Of a stretch of 64,000 bases of DNA, positions 18,056-28,000 are shown one piece after another (within the stretch, counting starts at the first letter, position 1; every line of letters begins with the position of its first letter). The stretch covers positions 138,092 to 202,091 of the forward strand of contig CACMWI010000003.1 in the NCBI GenBank assembly GCA_902617375.1. Reading direction: 5' to 3'. A program made the translations under genes and the position numbers. A model generated the notes under the pieces. The model worked only from the letters and a program-made list of their open reading frames with translations, searched no databases and had not been told where the DNA came from. Source of the DNA: an uncultured Alphaproteobacteria bacterium. GTDB taxonomy: Bacteria; Pseudomonadota; Alphaproteobacteria; Methylaequorales; Methylaequoraceae.

Positions 18056-19068
18056 TAAATTAAAGACTCCGTTTCCTCAAAATCAAACATTATATTCATG
18101 TTTTGTATTGCTTGTCCTGCAGCTCCTTTTACTAAATTATCAATACAGCTAACAATTACTATTTTTCTTTTTGAATAGTCAGTAAACAAATTTACTGCAA
18201 GATTATTTGTATTTTGAACTTCTTTTACCTGAGGAATTTTGTTACTTGAATAAATTTTAATAAAAGGTTCGTCAACATAGAAATCTTTTATAGTTTTGTA
18301 ATACTCTTTTTCATCAAACTCTTTATCTAAATAAATCGTAGACTGTATTCCAGAAACTATTGGTAAAACATGAGGCACAAAGGTAAAGGATACTTTTTTA
18401 TTAATTTGTCTTATTTCTTGGTCAATCTCTGGATAATGTTTGTGACTTTCGATACCGTAAGAAAAAAAATTACCACTTATTTCAGAGAAAAGGTTCTCGA
18501 TTCTTGGTTGCTTACCTGCCCCACTTATACCTGATTTTGAATCAATTATAATATCTTGAATTCTTAATTTTTTTTCTTTTATTAAAGGAATTAAAGGAAT
18601 CAGAATAGAAGTTGGATAACATCCTGGGTTTGAAATAAATTTACTTTTATTTATTTTACTTCTATAAACTTCAGACAAGCCGTAGCAAAATTTTTCTTTA
18701 AATGAATAGGCCCTATGAGTCATATTATAAAATTTTTGATATTCTGATTTAGATTTGAGCCTAAAATCACCAGAAAGATCTATAATAGAGATTTTAGGAT
18801 TAAGATTTTTTATTATTTCTTTTTGTAATTTACCATTAGGCAAACAGCTAAAAATTAAATCTGTATTACTAAAATCAAAGTCTTCATATTTGGAAATTTT
18901 GATTTTGTTAGAATTATTTAAATTTTTAAATAAATCTCCTAATTTTATACCAGCAGTTGAATTCCCAAAAACTCCATGTATTTTTATTTGCTTATGTTTA
19001 TCTAAGTAGTAAATGAGCTTTGAACCCGTATAACCGGATACACCAAAGATACACACATTTAAAGACAT
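18055..19068 (-). CDS. argC: N-acetyl-gamma-glutamyl-phosphate reductase
   Basis: GVSGYTG, DLSGDFR, NPGCYPT, SGISGAG and DNLVKGAAGQAIQNMN motifs. Confidence 0.96.
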   Translation of the reverse strand: MSLNVCIFGVSGYTGSKLIYYLDKHKQIKIHGVFGNSTAGIKLGDLFKNLNNSNKIKISKYEDFDFSNTDLIFSCLPNGKLQKEIIKNLNPKISIIDLSGDFRLKSKSEYQKFYNMTHRAYSFKEKFCYGLSEVYRSKINKSKFISNPGCYPTSILIPLIPLIKEKKLRIQDIIIDSKSGISGAGKQPRIENLFSEISGNFFSYGIESHKHYPEIDQEIRQINKKVSFTFVPHVLPIVSGIQSTIYLDKEFDEKEYYKTIKDFYVDEPFIKIYSSNKIPQVKEVQNTNNLAVNLFTDYSKRKIVIVSCIDNLVKGAAGQAIQNMNIMFDFEETESLI

Positions 19069-19071
19069 AAC

Positions 19072-19536
19072 TTATCTTTTTGAAAATTGAGGACTTCTTC
19101 TAGCTTTATGCTTACCAAATTTTTTTCTTTCGACTTTTCTGGCATCACGGGTTAAAAATCCAGCTTTTTTTAATTTTTTTCTTAAAGAAGGATCAAAGTT
19201 TACGAGAGCTCTACTGATACCATGTCTTAAAGCTCCTGCTTGTCCAGACAACCCACCACCTGAAACTGTCGCGAAAATTTCTAGTTTATCAAGGTTATCA
19301 GTTTTAAAGAGTGGCTCTTCAAGAATTGTACTGTAGATTTTTCTTTTAAAATAGTCTTTACTTGGCTTTCCATTAACTGAAATTTTGTTGCTTCCATGTT
19401 TAATCCAAACTCTTGACACTGATGTTTTTCTTCTGCCAGTTGCATATGCTCTTCCTAGCTTATCTAGTTTTGGAATGGTTGACTCACTAATGTCTTCAGT
19501 TTCGGTAGTATTTTCTTTTAAAACTTTTTCGTTCAC
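19072..19536 (-). CDS. rpsI: 30S ribosomal protein S9
   Basis: [17 protein letters not shown] and RKVERKK...QFSKR motifs. Confidence 0.99.
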   Translation of the reverse strand: MNEKVLKENTTETEDISESTIPKLDKLGRAYATGRRKTSVSRVWIKHGSNKISVNGKPSKDYFKRKIYSTILEEPLFKTDNLDKLEIFATVSGGGLSGQAGALRHGISRALVNFDPSLRKKLKKAGFLTRDARKVERKKFGKHKARRSPQFSKR

Positions 19537-19997
19537 GAATTCACTCTATTTTTTCTATTTAACGCACCAAAATCAAAGATTTCTGGTTTTTGAGCCTCTA
19601 AATTGTGCTGCTCATCTTTAAAAATTCTTAAATTGGATAGTTGTTTCTTTGAAAGTGCATTGGAGGTCATCATTCTTTCAACAGCTTTTTTTATTATTGA
19701 TTCAGGTTTTGCACCTTTAATGATGTCTTTAAAATAAAGCTCTTTTAGGCCCCCCGGATAACCGGTGTGTTTATAATATTTTTTTTCTTTCACTTTATTT
19801 CCTGTCATCATAACTTTTTTAGCATTTATAACAATGACGTTGTCACCACAATCTAAGTGTGGGGTAAAAATTGTTTTGTGTTTTCCTCTTAAAATTGAAG
19901 CTATTTTTGCAGCTAATCTACCAAGAACAAGACCATCAGCGTCTATGAGATACCATTTTTTTTTTATATCTTTTTTTTTTAAACTAAAGGTCAACAT
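19533..19997 (-). CDS. rplM: 50S ribosomal protein L13
   Basis: [27 protein letters not shown] and HTGYPGG motifs. Confidence 0.99.
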   Translation of the reverse strand: MLTFSLKKKDIKKKWYLIDADGLVLGRLAAKIASILRGKHKTIFTPHLDCGDNVIVINAKKVMMTGNKVKEKKYYKHTGYPGGLKELYFKDIIKGAKPESIIKKAVERMMTSNALSKKQLSNLRIFKDEQHNLEAQKPEIFDFGALNRKNRVNS

Positions 19998-20006
19998 ACC
20001 ATATGC

Positions 20007-20034
20007 AAAATAACTTAAAATTGTCTGGTGTCAA
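20007..20034 (-). promoter_or_regulatory. Putative sigma70 promoter of rplM-rpsI-argC
   Basis: TTGACA-N16-TATTTT ending 9 nt before the rplM ATG. Confidence 0.55.
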
Positions 20035-20049
20035 CAGCAAAACTAATAT

Positions 20050-20364
20050 TTATGTGTTTTTACGAGCCCATAGAATGTACTCACTGTTTACTTTTTTAGT
20101 CTCCAATTGAACGATAAAAGGAATATCATATGGATGATTTTTTTTTATTAAATCTTCGATTTTTTTTTTTGTATGAAATGTTTTAATCAGAAGTATTGAT
20201 TCATTTGATTTTTTTAAGGATCCACTTTCTCTGTAATAACTTTCAACATTTTTAACAACATTTACACAAACAATCATTTTGTCACTCAGCAAAGCTTTAG
20301 CAAGCTTTTTAGATAGCTTGGCTGATCCACAGGTTGTGTAAAAAATATTAATACTTAAATTCAT
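20050..20364 (-). CDS. cutA: Divalent-cation tolerance protein CutA
   Basis: CVN..VESYY, E..LLIKT and HPYDIP motifs. Confidence 0.88.
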   Translation of the reverse strand: MNLSINIFYTTCGSAKLSKKLAKALLSDKMIVCVNVVKNVESYYRESGSLKKSNESILLIKTFHTKKKIEDLIKKNHPYDIPFIVQLETKKVNSEYILWARKNT

Positions 20365-20370
20365 ATTTTT

Positions 20371-20449
20371 TGGTCGGGGCGACTGGATTTGAACCAGCGA
20401 CCTCCCGCCCCCCAGACGGACGCGCTAAACCAGACTGCGCTACGCCCCG
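20371..20449 (-). tRNA. tRNA-Pro(GGG)
   Basis: Reverse complement CGGGGCGTAGCGCAGTCTGGTTTAGCGCGTCCGTCTGGGGGGCGGGAGGTCGCTGGTTCAAATCCAGTCGCCCCGACCA; follows ihfA-merR as is typical. Confidence 0.95.
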
Positions 20450-20769
20450 TTAGATATGGCATTCCTAATCTCAAAAATTAAATCTTCTATTTCTTTAATT
20501 ATTATTCTCTTTTCAGATGAATAATTAAATCGCTTTTTTTCTTTAAAATGAAGATTTACTCCCTCAATTGAATATTTTTTTTTTTGTAAAAGATATTTAA
20601 CTTCTTTTAATATTTCTGTCTGACTATTAGAGTAGTATCTCGTCCCTCTTGGTTTCCTTATAGGCTTTAACATATCAATTTTCTTTTCCCAGAGTCGTAT
20701 AACATAGATTGGTACTTTCAGTTCTTTGGCTATAAGTCCAATTTTTTTAAGAGCTTTATTTTGATTCAC
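20440..20769 (-). CDS. MerR-family HTH transcriptional regulator
   Basis: IGLIAKEL.VPIYVIRLWE, P.R..RGTRYY and YSIEGV motifs; conserved ihfA-merR-tRNA-Pro context. Confidence 0.88.
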   Translation of the reverse strand: MNQNKALKKIGLIAKELKVPIYVIRLWEKKIDMLKPIRKPRGTRYYSNSQTEILKEVKYLLQKKKYSIEGVNLHFKEKKRFNYSSEKRIIIKEIEDLIFEIRNAISNGA

Positions 20770-21070
20770 TTTTTTCTGTATTTACATTTATTAAATTTAT
20801 AAGAAAATTGGAAGGTTTAAACTTTATGACATTTCTCTCAGAGATCATTACTTCTTCCTTTGTTTTCGGATTTCTTCCGATTCTTGCTTTTTTATTTTTA
20901 ATTTTGAAAATTCCAAAATTAACAATTTTAACATCTTTTTTTTTAATTAATTGTGAAGAGATAATATTAACGAATGACTCAAAAAAAAACTTACACTCTC
21001 TCTTTGACAACCCAATATTTTCATTTAGGTGAGTTACAACCTTTGCTTTTGTCAAAACTATTTTGGACAT
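20756..21070 (-). CDS. ihfA: Integration host factor alpha
   Basis: LTKA, NFGIF..KNKKARIGRNPKTKEEV.I..R.VIKFKPS; start placed at the ATG at 21070. Confidence 0.9.
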   Translation of the reverse strand: MSKIVLTKAKVVTHLNENIGLSKRECKFFFESFVNIISSQLIKKKDVKIVNFGIFKIKNKKARIGRNPKTKEEVMISERNVIKFKPSNFLINLINVNTEKSESK

Positions 21071-21086
21071 CAACAAATTATATATA

Positions 21087-22046
21087 TCATAATCTCAAAA
21101 TACAACTACCCCATGTCAATCCTCCACCAATTGCACATAAAGCTAAAACGTCATTATTCTTAATTGTATTATTCTCGATTGAACTAGACAATGCTAAGGG
21201 TATTGAGGCTGCAGATGTATTGGCGTGAAGTCTAACAGTGCTTATGGTTTTTTGATCATTAATACCAAGTTTCTTGGCTGTACTTGAAATTATTCTTTGA
21301 TTTGCTTGATGAGGTATAAACCAATTAATATCATCAATATTCAAGTTGCATTCACTCAAAGCTTCAAGCGTTGCCTCAGATAATTTATTTACTGCTTGCT
21401 TAAAAATGTCTTGTCCATTCATTCGAATTTTTCCGACCAATTGATTTTTTGAAGGTCCTCCATCACTAAATAAGCTATCGTGCCATGAACCATCTGAGAA
21501 GAGTTTTGTAGAAAGTACTCCAGATTTACCATTGGATTGTCCTAATATAATTGCACCAGCTCCATCACCAAACAGCACGCAAGTCCTTCTGTCACTCCAA
21601 TCAACAATTTTTGATAATGTTTCAGCTCCAATAATAAGTATTTTTTTTGCTTTATTACACTTTATGAGTGAATCTGCAATTTCAAGAGAATAGATAAAAC
21701 CTGAACAGACTGCCTGAATATCAAATGCAGGAATGTTTTTCATACCTAATTGTGTTTGAACTTTTGTAGCAGTTGATGGGAATGTTTCATCTGGTGTGGT
21801 TGTAGCAAGGATAATACAATCAATGTCTTCACTTTTTAAATTAGCAGATTTTAAAGCATTTTTTGATGCCATCACGGCTAGGTCTGAAGTTAATTCATCT
21901 TTTAAAACTATATGCCTTTGTTTTATTCCAGTCCTAGTGAAAATCCATTCATCCGAAGTATCAACAAATGCAAGGAGATCTTCATTTTTCAAAACTTTTG
22001 AAGGTAAAAAATAACCATGACCTAGAATTTTAGAACGAGATAACAT
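21087..22046 (-). CDS. fabH: 3-oxoacyl-ACP synthase III
   Basis: DTSDEWI..RTGI, AVCSGF, FGDGAGA, PHQANQRI and ANTSAASIP motifs. Confidence 0.98.
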   Translation of the reverse strand: MLSRSKILGHGYFLPSKVLKNEDLLAFVDTSDEWIFTRTGIKQRHIVLKDELTSDLAVMASKNALKSANLKSEDIDCIILATTTPDETFPSTATKVQTQLGMKNIPAFDIQAVCSGFIYSLEIADSLIKCNKAKKILIIGAETLSKIVDWSDRRTCVLFGDGAGAIILGQSNGKSGVLSTKLFSDGSWHDSLFSDGGPSKNQLVGKIRMNGQDIFKQAVNKLSEATLEALSECNLNIDDINWFIPHQANQRIISSTAKKLGINDQKTISTVRLHANTSAASIPLALSSSIENNTIKNNDVLALCAIGGGLTWGSCILRL

Positions 22047-22047
22047 T

Positions 22048-23052
22048 TTATTTATATAATTCTAACTTTTTTTCAATTTGATGAATATACGAATTTTCAA
22101 TTAGTGAAACCGCGACTCCAATAGCGTTGCAAAAACCAAAAGCATCTGTACCACCGTGACTCTTTACTACTATTCCATTTAAACCCAATAAGACTGCACC
22201 GTTATATTTGCGCGGATCAATTCTAGTCTTGAATCTATTTAATGCTGGTTTTGAAAGAATGTATCCAATCTTTGAAATGAATGAGCTTTTGTATGAATTT
22301 TTTAGGAATGTAAAAATTAGTTCTGCTACACCTTCAGCAGTTTTTAAAGCTATATTTCCAGAGAATCCGTCTGTAACTACAACGTCAACAATACCTTTGT
22401 TAATATCGTTTCCTTCGACAAAACCATGAAAATTTATTTTTTTCTCAATTTTTTTTAGATCTGAGTGCGTTTGTTTAACCATCTCATTACCTTTTATAAG
22501 TTCAGAACCTACATTTAGTAATCCTATTTTAGGTTTCTGTATTCCGAGAACTGCTTGTGAAAATATGTCACCCATTAATGCAAATTGTACTAAATTATCG
22601 TTTGAACAATCAACGTTAGCACCAAGGTCTAATATCACTGTTTGACCTTTCATAGTAGGCATCAAACCAGCAATTGCAGGGCGGTTTATTCCATTTAAAG
22701 TCTTCAATACAAACTTTGATATAGCCATGAGAGCTCCTGTATTTCCAGCTGAAACAAAACCGTGTGATTCACTGTTTGATAAATTGTTGATACCAAGTCT
22801 CATACTTGACTTTTTGAGTTTCCTCAATGCTGTTACTGGTTCATCATCTGATTTTATACTTTCTTCTGTATGAAAGAATTCGGTATTAGTAAGACCAGAT
22901 TTTTTTAATTCTGGTTCAGATATATTTTGGTCCCCAAATAACTTAAACTTTACGTTTGGATAGATTTTGGATGCCATTTTAACGCCTTCTACAGTTGCTT
23001 TTGGGCCGTAATCTCCCCCCATAACGTCAATGGCCAATACTATTTCTTTCAA
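22048..23052 (-). CDS. plsX: Phosphate acyltransferase PlsX
   Basis: IDVMGGDYGP, SAGNTGA, DLGANVD, DGFSGN and VKSHG motifs. Confidence 0.98.
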   Translation of the reverse strand: MKEIVLAIDVMGGDYGPKATVEGVKMASKIYPNVKFKLFGDQNISEPELKKSGLTNTEFFHTEESIKSDDEPVTALRKLKKSSMRLGINNLSNSESHGFVSAGNTGALMAISKFVLKTLNGINRPAIAGLMPTMKGQTVILDLGANVDCSNDNLVQFALMGDIFSQAVLGIQKPKIGLLNVGSELIKGNEMVKQTHSDLKKIEKKINFHGFVEGNDINKGIVDVVVTDGFSGNIALKTAEGVAELIFTFLKNSYKSSFISKIGYILSKPALNRFKTRIDPRKYNGAVLLGLNGIVVKSHGGTDAFGFCNAIGVAVSLIENSYIHQIEKKLELYK

Positions 23053-23066
23053 AACAAACCCTTGTT

Positions 23067-23279
23067 CTACTTTTCAGTGTCTAAATCAGTATCTTCATTA
23101 GATTCAGTTTTATCAATGATTTCTTTTCCGTCGTAATACCCGCAAGAATTACAAATATGATGAGCAAGCTTGAATTCGCCGCAGTTTGGACATTCAACTG
23201 AGTTAACTGTTAAATATGAATCATGAGACCTTCTCTTACCTTTTCTGGATGGTGTTGTTTTTCTTTTGGGGACTGCCAC
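23067..23279 (-). CDS. rpmF: 50S ribosomal protein L32 (Zn-ribbon type, acidic tail)
   Basis: GTG start at 23279 with AAGGA SD; AVPKRKTTPSRKGKRRSH and CPNCG..HHIC..CGYY motifs. Confidence 0.95.
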   Translation of the reverse strand: MAVPKRKTTPSRKGKRRSHDSYLTVNSVECPNCGEFKLAHHICNSCGYYDGKEIIDKTESNEDTDLDTEK

Positions 23280-23356
23280 TTTATATTTTTCCTTAAAATA
23301 GTAATCTTGACTTGTACATAAAATTTCAAAAAATAACAATATTTTTTTAAAAAACT

Positions 23357-23860
23357 TTATTTATTGATGAAAAGTTTGGCTCTCCAGAAGTCTTTTTCAT
23401 CAAGTTTTTTTAAATGATTGTAATTCAAGCTTAAATAATTAATCATCAATTTTGTAACTTGAGGGCTTTTTAAATTTTTATTTATTACGTCTTTCATTTT
23501 TTTTTTTCCTTCATTCTCAAAATTATCGAATATTTCGCTAAAAGCGTATAACCTGCCATAGAAATTTTCTAATAATTTTCTAATTTTTTTTCTCAAACTT
23601 GTTTCCGAACCTCCAAGCTCTATGACCATTCCTTCAAGATCCTTTATAAAAATTTTTATTAAATATTCCAAATACTTTTCACTTAAGTTCTTTGTCTTCA
23701 TGTACCATAAGATTAAAATTAAATTCAGCTGAAAAACTTCCCGGAAATAATCAGTATCACTTCGTTCGGCGTTAAACAAATAATAAGAAACTTTTGATTC
23801 CTCAACTATTTTGTTATAAATGTTATCTAAATTTTTTTTTTTTTTATTAAAAATTAACAT
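23357..23860 (-). CDS. Ubiquinol-cytochrome c chaperone (Cbp3-like)
   Basis: IYNKIV, ELG.SE..L.KKIRKL.ENFYGRL.A motifs; conserved position divergent from bamE. Confidence 0.75.
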   Translation of the reverse strand: MLIFNKKKKNLDNIYNKIVEESKVSYYLFNAERSDTDYFREVFQLNLILILWYMKTKNLSEKYLEYLIKIFIKDLEGMVIELGGSETSLRKKIRKLLENFYGRLYAFSEIFDNFENEGKKKMKDVINKNLKSPQVTKLMINYLSLNYNHLKKLDEKDFWRAKLFINK

Positions 23861-23861
23861 T

Positions 23862-24323
23862 ATGAAATATTTTATTTATTTTTTCTTTTTTATAATATTA
23901 TCATCATGCGTATCAAAAAAAATTATAAATGGTAATTTGCCGGATGCTGATACCATTTCACTTCTTAAGATTGGACAAGATGACAAAAAATCTATCTCAC
24001 AAATTTTAGGAGAACCCTCATTTAAAGGTAGCTTGGGGGATAATGCATACTATTATGTTGGAAGTTTGAAATCAAAAATAGCATTTTTTAAATCTAATGT
24101 TAAGGAACAATATATATTAGAACTAAAATTCAGTAAAAATAATAAACTGGAAAATATTTATTTTTATGATAAATCATTATCCACAGATGTAGCAATGTCT
24201 TCACTTGAAACGAAAACAGATGGTGTAAAACAATCTTTTTTCCAGCAAATTTTAGGTAACTTTGGAGTTCCGGGCATGAAAAGAGGCGGCCCAATTTTAG
24301 GTAGTGGTAAGGCTGATGATTAA
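23862..24323 (+). CDS. bamE: Outer membrane assembly lipoprotein BamE
   Basis: Lipobox ILSSC after ATG 23862; G.D.K..I..ILGEPS, YYY and alphaproteobacterial C-terminal FFQQILGNFG. Confidence 0.85.
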   Translation: MKYFIYFFFFIILSSCVSKKIINGNLPDADTISLLKIGQDDKKSISQILGEPSFKGSLGDNAYYYVGSLKSKIAFFKSNVKEQYILELKFSKNNKLENIYFYDKSLSTDVAMSSLETKTDGVKQSFFQQILGNFGVPGMKRGGPILGSGKADD

Positions 24324-24327
24324 ATAT

Positions 24328-26427
24328 TTAAGACAACATTGACAGTAGAAGAATTGAAACAATGTTGATAATTTTTATCATTGGGTTGATAGCAGGGCCT
24401 GCAGTATCTTTGTAAGGATCTCCGACTGTGTCTCCAGTCACTGCAGCTTTGTGAGCATCCGAGTTTTTTCCACCAAAATTTCCATCTTCTATGTATTTCT
24501 TAGCATTGTCCCAAGCTCCACCCCCTGAAGTCATTGAAATGGCTACGAACAAACCTGTAACTATAGTACCGAGAAGCATAGCACCGACTGTTGTAAATGC
24601 AGGGCCAGATTCACCTGAAATAATATAGATTAAATAGTAAGTCACGAATGGGGCTAAAACAGGGAGCATTGAAGGAAGTATCATTGCATAAATTGCTTCT
24701 TTTGTTAAAATATCTACTGCCTTTCCATATTCTGGCTTAGATTTTCCAGTCATAATACCTTTATTTTCAGAAAACTGTCTTCTGACTTCGTTTACTATTT
24801 TTTCAGCTGTTCTACCTACAGCAGTCATGCCCATTGAACCGAAAAGATAAGGTAACATGCCACCTATTAAAAGACCCACAACAACATAAGGGTCATCTAA
24901 TGCAAACTTTATATCTAAGTTTGGAAAATAATATTTTAAATCTTGTGTATAAGCTCCGAATAATACTAGAGATGCGAGTCCAGCTGAACCAATTGCATAG
25001 CCTTTCGTTACAGCTTTTGTTGTATTTCCAACAGCATCGAGAGCATCTGTTGTTTTCCTAACATCTTCTGGTAAGTTAGACATTTCAGCAATTCCCCCGG
25101 CGTTATCCGTGACAGGACCATATGCATCAAGAGCTACAATCATACCAGCTAAAGCAAGCATCGTTGTAGCAGCTATGGAAATTCCATAAAGACCAGCAAA
25201 CTTATAAGATAGAACAATTCCTAAAATGATTACAAATGTAGGTAGTGCCGTGGATTGCATTGAAACAGCTAAACCTTGAATTATATTGGTCGCATGACCA
25301 GATTGTGATGATCGAGCAACCGATTTAACAGGTCCAAATTCTGTGCTGGTATAATACTCAGTTATCCAAACTATCAAACCTGTGACAGATAATCCGATTA
25401 AGGCACAATAAAATAAGTCTATACCTAAAAATGATTCAATGAAAAGATCACTATTAATAATCAACTTGTCTGCACCTACAAAAATATCAGTAACAATATA
25501 TATTAAAATTATCGAAACAAATGCTGTAATTATCAAACCCTTGTAGAGAGCACCCATAATATTTTGGGAGCCATCGCTTAATTTAACGTAGTATGCTCCA
25601 ATTAATGAAGAAATGATACAAACACCAGCGATCAATAGAGGGAACATCATAAATTTTTGCTGATCGCCGACGTCAAATAAAATAAGCCCTAGGACCATTG
25701 TACCAACAATTGTAACTGCGTACGTTTCAAAGAGATCGGCAGCCATTCCAGCACAATCTCCAACATTATCACCAACGTTATCAGCAATAACAGCCGGGTT
25801 TCTTGGGTCGTCCTCTGGAATACCGGCTTCTATTTTTCCTACCAAATCCGCTCCAACATCTGCTCCTTTAGTAAAAATACCTCCCCCAAGTCTTGCAAAA
25901 ATTGAGATTAAAGAAGCACCAAAGCTTAATGCAATCATCGCTTCTATAATTTCTCTACCCTGAGATTCTCCAAGTTTCAGATATAAAAACCAATAATAAC
26001 CAACTAGTCCCAAAAGGCCGAATCCAACAACTAAAAATCCTGTAATTGCTCCCGACTTAAATGAAATATCCAGAGCTTTGTCAATACTTTGAGTCGCTGC
26101 TTGAGTTGTTCTAACATTTGCTCTAACGGATACAAACATTCCAACGTAGCCAGCTAGTCCAGATAAAAAAGCACCAATCACAAACCCAATTGCCACATAA
26201 GGATTGTGTATTAGAAAATAAAGTAAAAGCGTTATTAAAATACCTACAATTGAAATAGTAATGTATTGCCTATTAAGATATGCTTGCGCTCCTTCTTGAA
26301 TTGCAGAAGCTATCTCTATCATTCTATCACTACCTTGAGGTTCACTCAAAATTCTCTTTGTTGTAAAGGCACCAAAACCAATTGAGAGTAAAGAGCAGAT
26401 TAAAACAATTGAAAATTCAAGAAGCAT
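24328..26427 (-). CDS. hppA: Membrane-bound H+-translocating pyrophosphatase, K+-independent type
   Basis: [50 protein letters not shown] and [14 protein letters not shown] motifs. Confidence 0.97.
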   Translation of the reverse strand: MLLEFSIVLICSLLSIGFGAFTTKRILSEPQGSDRMIEIASAIQEGAQAYLNRQYITISIVGILITLLLYFLIHNPYVAIGFVIGAFLSGLAGYVGMFVSVRANVRTTQAATQSIDKALDISFKSGAITGFLVVGFGLLGLVGYYWFLYLKLGESQGREIIEAMIALSFGASLISIFARLGGGIFTKGADVGADLVGKIEAGIPEDDPRNPAVIADNVGDNVGDCAGMAADLFETYAVTIVGTMVLGLILFDVGDQQKFMMFPLLIAGVCIISSLIGAYYVKLSDGSQNIMGALYKGLIITAFVSIILIYIVTDIFVGADKLIINSDLFIESFLGIDLFYCALIGLSVTGLIVWITEYYTSTEFGPVKSVARSSQSGHATNIIQGLAVSMQSTALPTFVIILGIVLSYKFAGLYGISIAATTMLALAGMIVALDAYGPVTDNAGGIAEMSNLPEDVRKTTDALDAVGNTTKAVTKGYAIGSAGLASLVLFGAYTQDLKYYFPNLDIKFALDDPYVVVGLLIGGMLPYLFGSMGMTAVGRTAEKIVNEVRRQFSENKGIMTGKSKPEYGKAVDILTKEAIYAMILPSMLPVLAPFVTYYLIYIISGESGPAFTTVGAMLLGTIVTGLFVAISMTSGGGAWDNAKKYIEDGNFGGKNSDAHKAAVTGDTVGDPYKDTAGPAINPMIKIINIVSILLLSMLS

Positions 26428-26494
26428 ATTGATAAAAGAACCTTATAAAACAAACCTTATAACACATTAGATTTGATGATCAACGATTAATTAA

Positions 26495-27448
26495 TTAAAA
26501 ATGACTAAAACCGTATTTTTTGGGTTTAAATTCTTCACCATTACAATCAAAAATTCTTACTCCTTCTCCGCTGGAAAAATAACCTATTTTAGAAATTTGC
26601 TTTAAATTTTTGTCAATTTTTTGTTTTTTTGATAAACAAAAAAGTAATTCATAATCTTCTCCACCAGATAAAATTATTTCCCATATATCATTTATATACT
26701 TTTTATTTTTCATAAATAATTCTTTGGATGCAAATGACAAAGGTATTTTATCTAAGAAAATATTAGCCTGTTTATTAGATTGACTAGCTATTAATGATAG
26801 TTCTGCTAACAGACCATCAGAGATATCTGTACATAACTCTACATTATTTAACAGTTGTTTGCCAACGGAGAGTCTTGGTTCAGGCAGAAGTAATTTTTGA
26901 ATTAATCTTTTTTTACTTTTTTCTGAACAATTAAAAATAGAGTCATTAGTCATAAGTTCATAACCTAACCCTGCATCCCCAATAAAACCTGTAACAAAAA
27001 TATCAGAATTTGATTTCGTATAGTTTTTTTTGTGACAATAAGTATCTGTCTTGCCTAGAACAGTTAAAGATAAAAAAATTTTTTCAGAGCTACTCATATC
27101 TCCACCGTAGAGTTTTAGATTGAACTTTTTCATATCTGATTTCAATCCTGAGGTAAAAGCTTTAAACCAATCATGGACATTCAATTGTGGTAGTGCAATA
27201 TTTAAAAAAATACCATCTGGAACTGCACCCATAGCGGCTATGTCAGACAAATTTATTCTTACAAGCTTTTTTGCTAATAAACTTGGGTCTATATTTTTTT
27301 TAAAATGTTTATCTTCTATCATCATGTCTGTAGATATGACAAGATTATGTTTTTTAAAATAAGCTGCATCATTTTTTAAAAATAAAGACTCCTTATTTTG
27401 AGCAAGCGGGAGCAGGTATTTTTCAATTAATTTTTGTTCATTATTCAT
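26495..27448 (-). CDS. thiL: Thiamine-monophosphate kinase
   Basis: NDAA, STDM..E..HF, NLSDIAAMGA, GGD, DISDGL and GGEDYELLF motifs; start at MNNEQK. Confidence 0.93.
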   Translation of the reverse strand: MNNEQKLIEKYLLPLAQNKESLFLKNDAAYFKKHNLVISTDMMIEDKHFKKNIDPSLLAKKLVRINLSDIAAMGAVPDGIFLNIALPQLNVHDWFKAFTSGLKSDMKKFNLKLYGGDMSSSEKIFLSLTVLGKTDTYCHKKNYTKSNSDIFVTGFIGDAGLGYELMTNDSIFNCSEKSKKRLIQKLLLPEPRLSVGKQLLNNVELCTDISDGLLAELSLIASQSNKQANIFLDKIPLSFASKELFMKNKKYINDIWEIILSGGEDYELLFCLSKKQKIDKNLKQISKIGYFSSGEGVRIFDCNGEEFKPKKYGFSHF

Positions 27449-27905
27449 GAATTTCCAGTTTCTGGTGAATTTTATCAAGAATTGCATTAATAAAGTTATT
27501 TTCTTTCTCTATATTAAAGGATTCAGCTAACATTAAATATTCAGTTATAATTATGCCCATTGAAGTTTGTGGATAGGTGATCATTTCAGAAATAGCAACT
27601 CTTAAAAGAGCTTGCAATACTTTTGGCAACCTTTTAAATGTCCAATCTTTCTGAAGATGATTAGAGATCAAATTGCAGATAAAATCTTCCTTTTCAAAAA
27701 CATTATTAAAAATTTTTTTAAAAAAAACTTTATCAAATGTTTTTTTTTCTAAATCAAAATCTGAATCAATATAAAATTTAAAATCATTCTGCGTAACAAA
27801 TTCTTTTTCAATTTGCCTTTGATCAAATCCAAAACTTTGATTAAATATTGCTTGTACAGCTAAATACCTAGATAAGGATTTTGAATGTATTTTACCTTTT
27901 TTCAT
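27441..27905 (-). CDS. nusB: Transcription antitermination factor NusB
   Basis: SRYLAVQAIF, W...RL..V..ALLR.A..E and FINAILD motifs; ribH-nusB-thiL synteny. Confidence 0.9.
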   Translation of the reverse strand: MKKGKIHSKSLSRYLAVQAIFNQSFGFDQRQIEKEFVTQNDFKFYIDSDFDLEKKTFDKVFFKKIFNNVFEKEDFICNLISNHLQKDWTFKRLPKVLQALLRVAISEMITYPQTSMGIIITEYLMLAESFNIEKENNFINAILDKIHQKLEIHE

Positions 27906-28000
27906 TTAAAAACCTTAATATTAAAAAAAAACTGAGAAATCATATTACACTAAGTCAATTTGACTATTGTTATTTAAAGATGTCCACTAAAATTATATTA

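Noticed and set aside
23280-23339. N-terminal extensions in the ORF track for rpmF, bamE, thiL, pdxJ and folK
   Set aside because: Family N-termini and SD or overlap patterns indicate downstream starts at 23279, 23862, 27448, 49723 and 53291.
27953-27965. Palindrome AGTCAA-T-TTGACT in the ribH-nusB spacer
   Set aside because: It is a single short AT-rich palindrome with no second copy noticed and no matching known operator.
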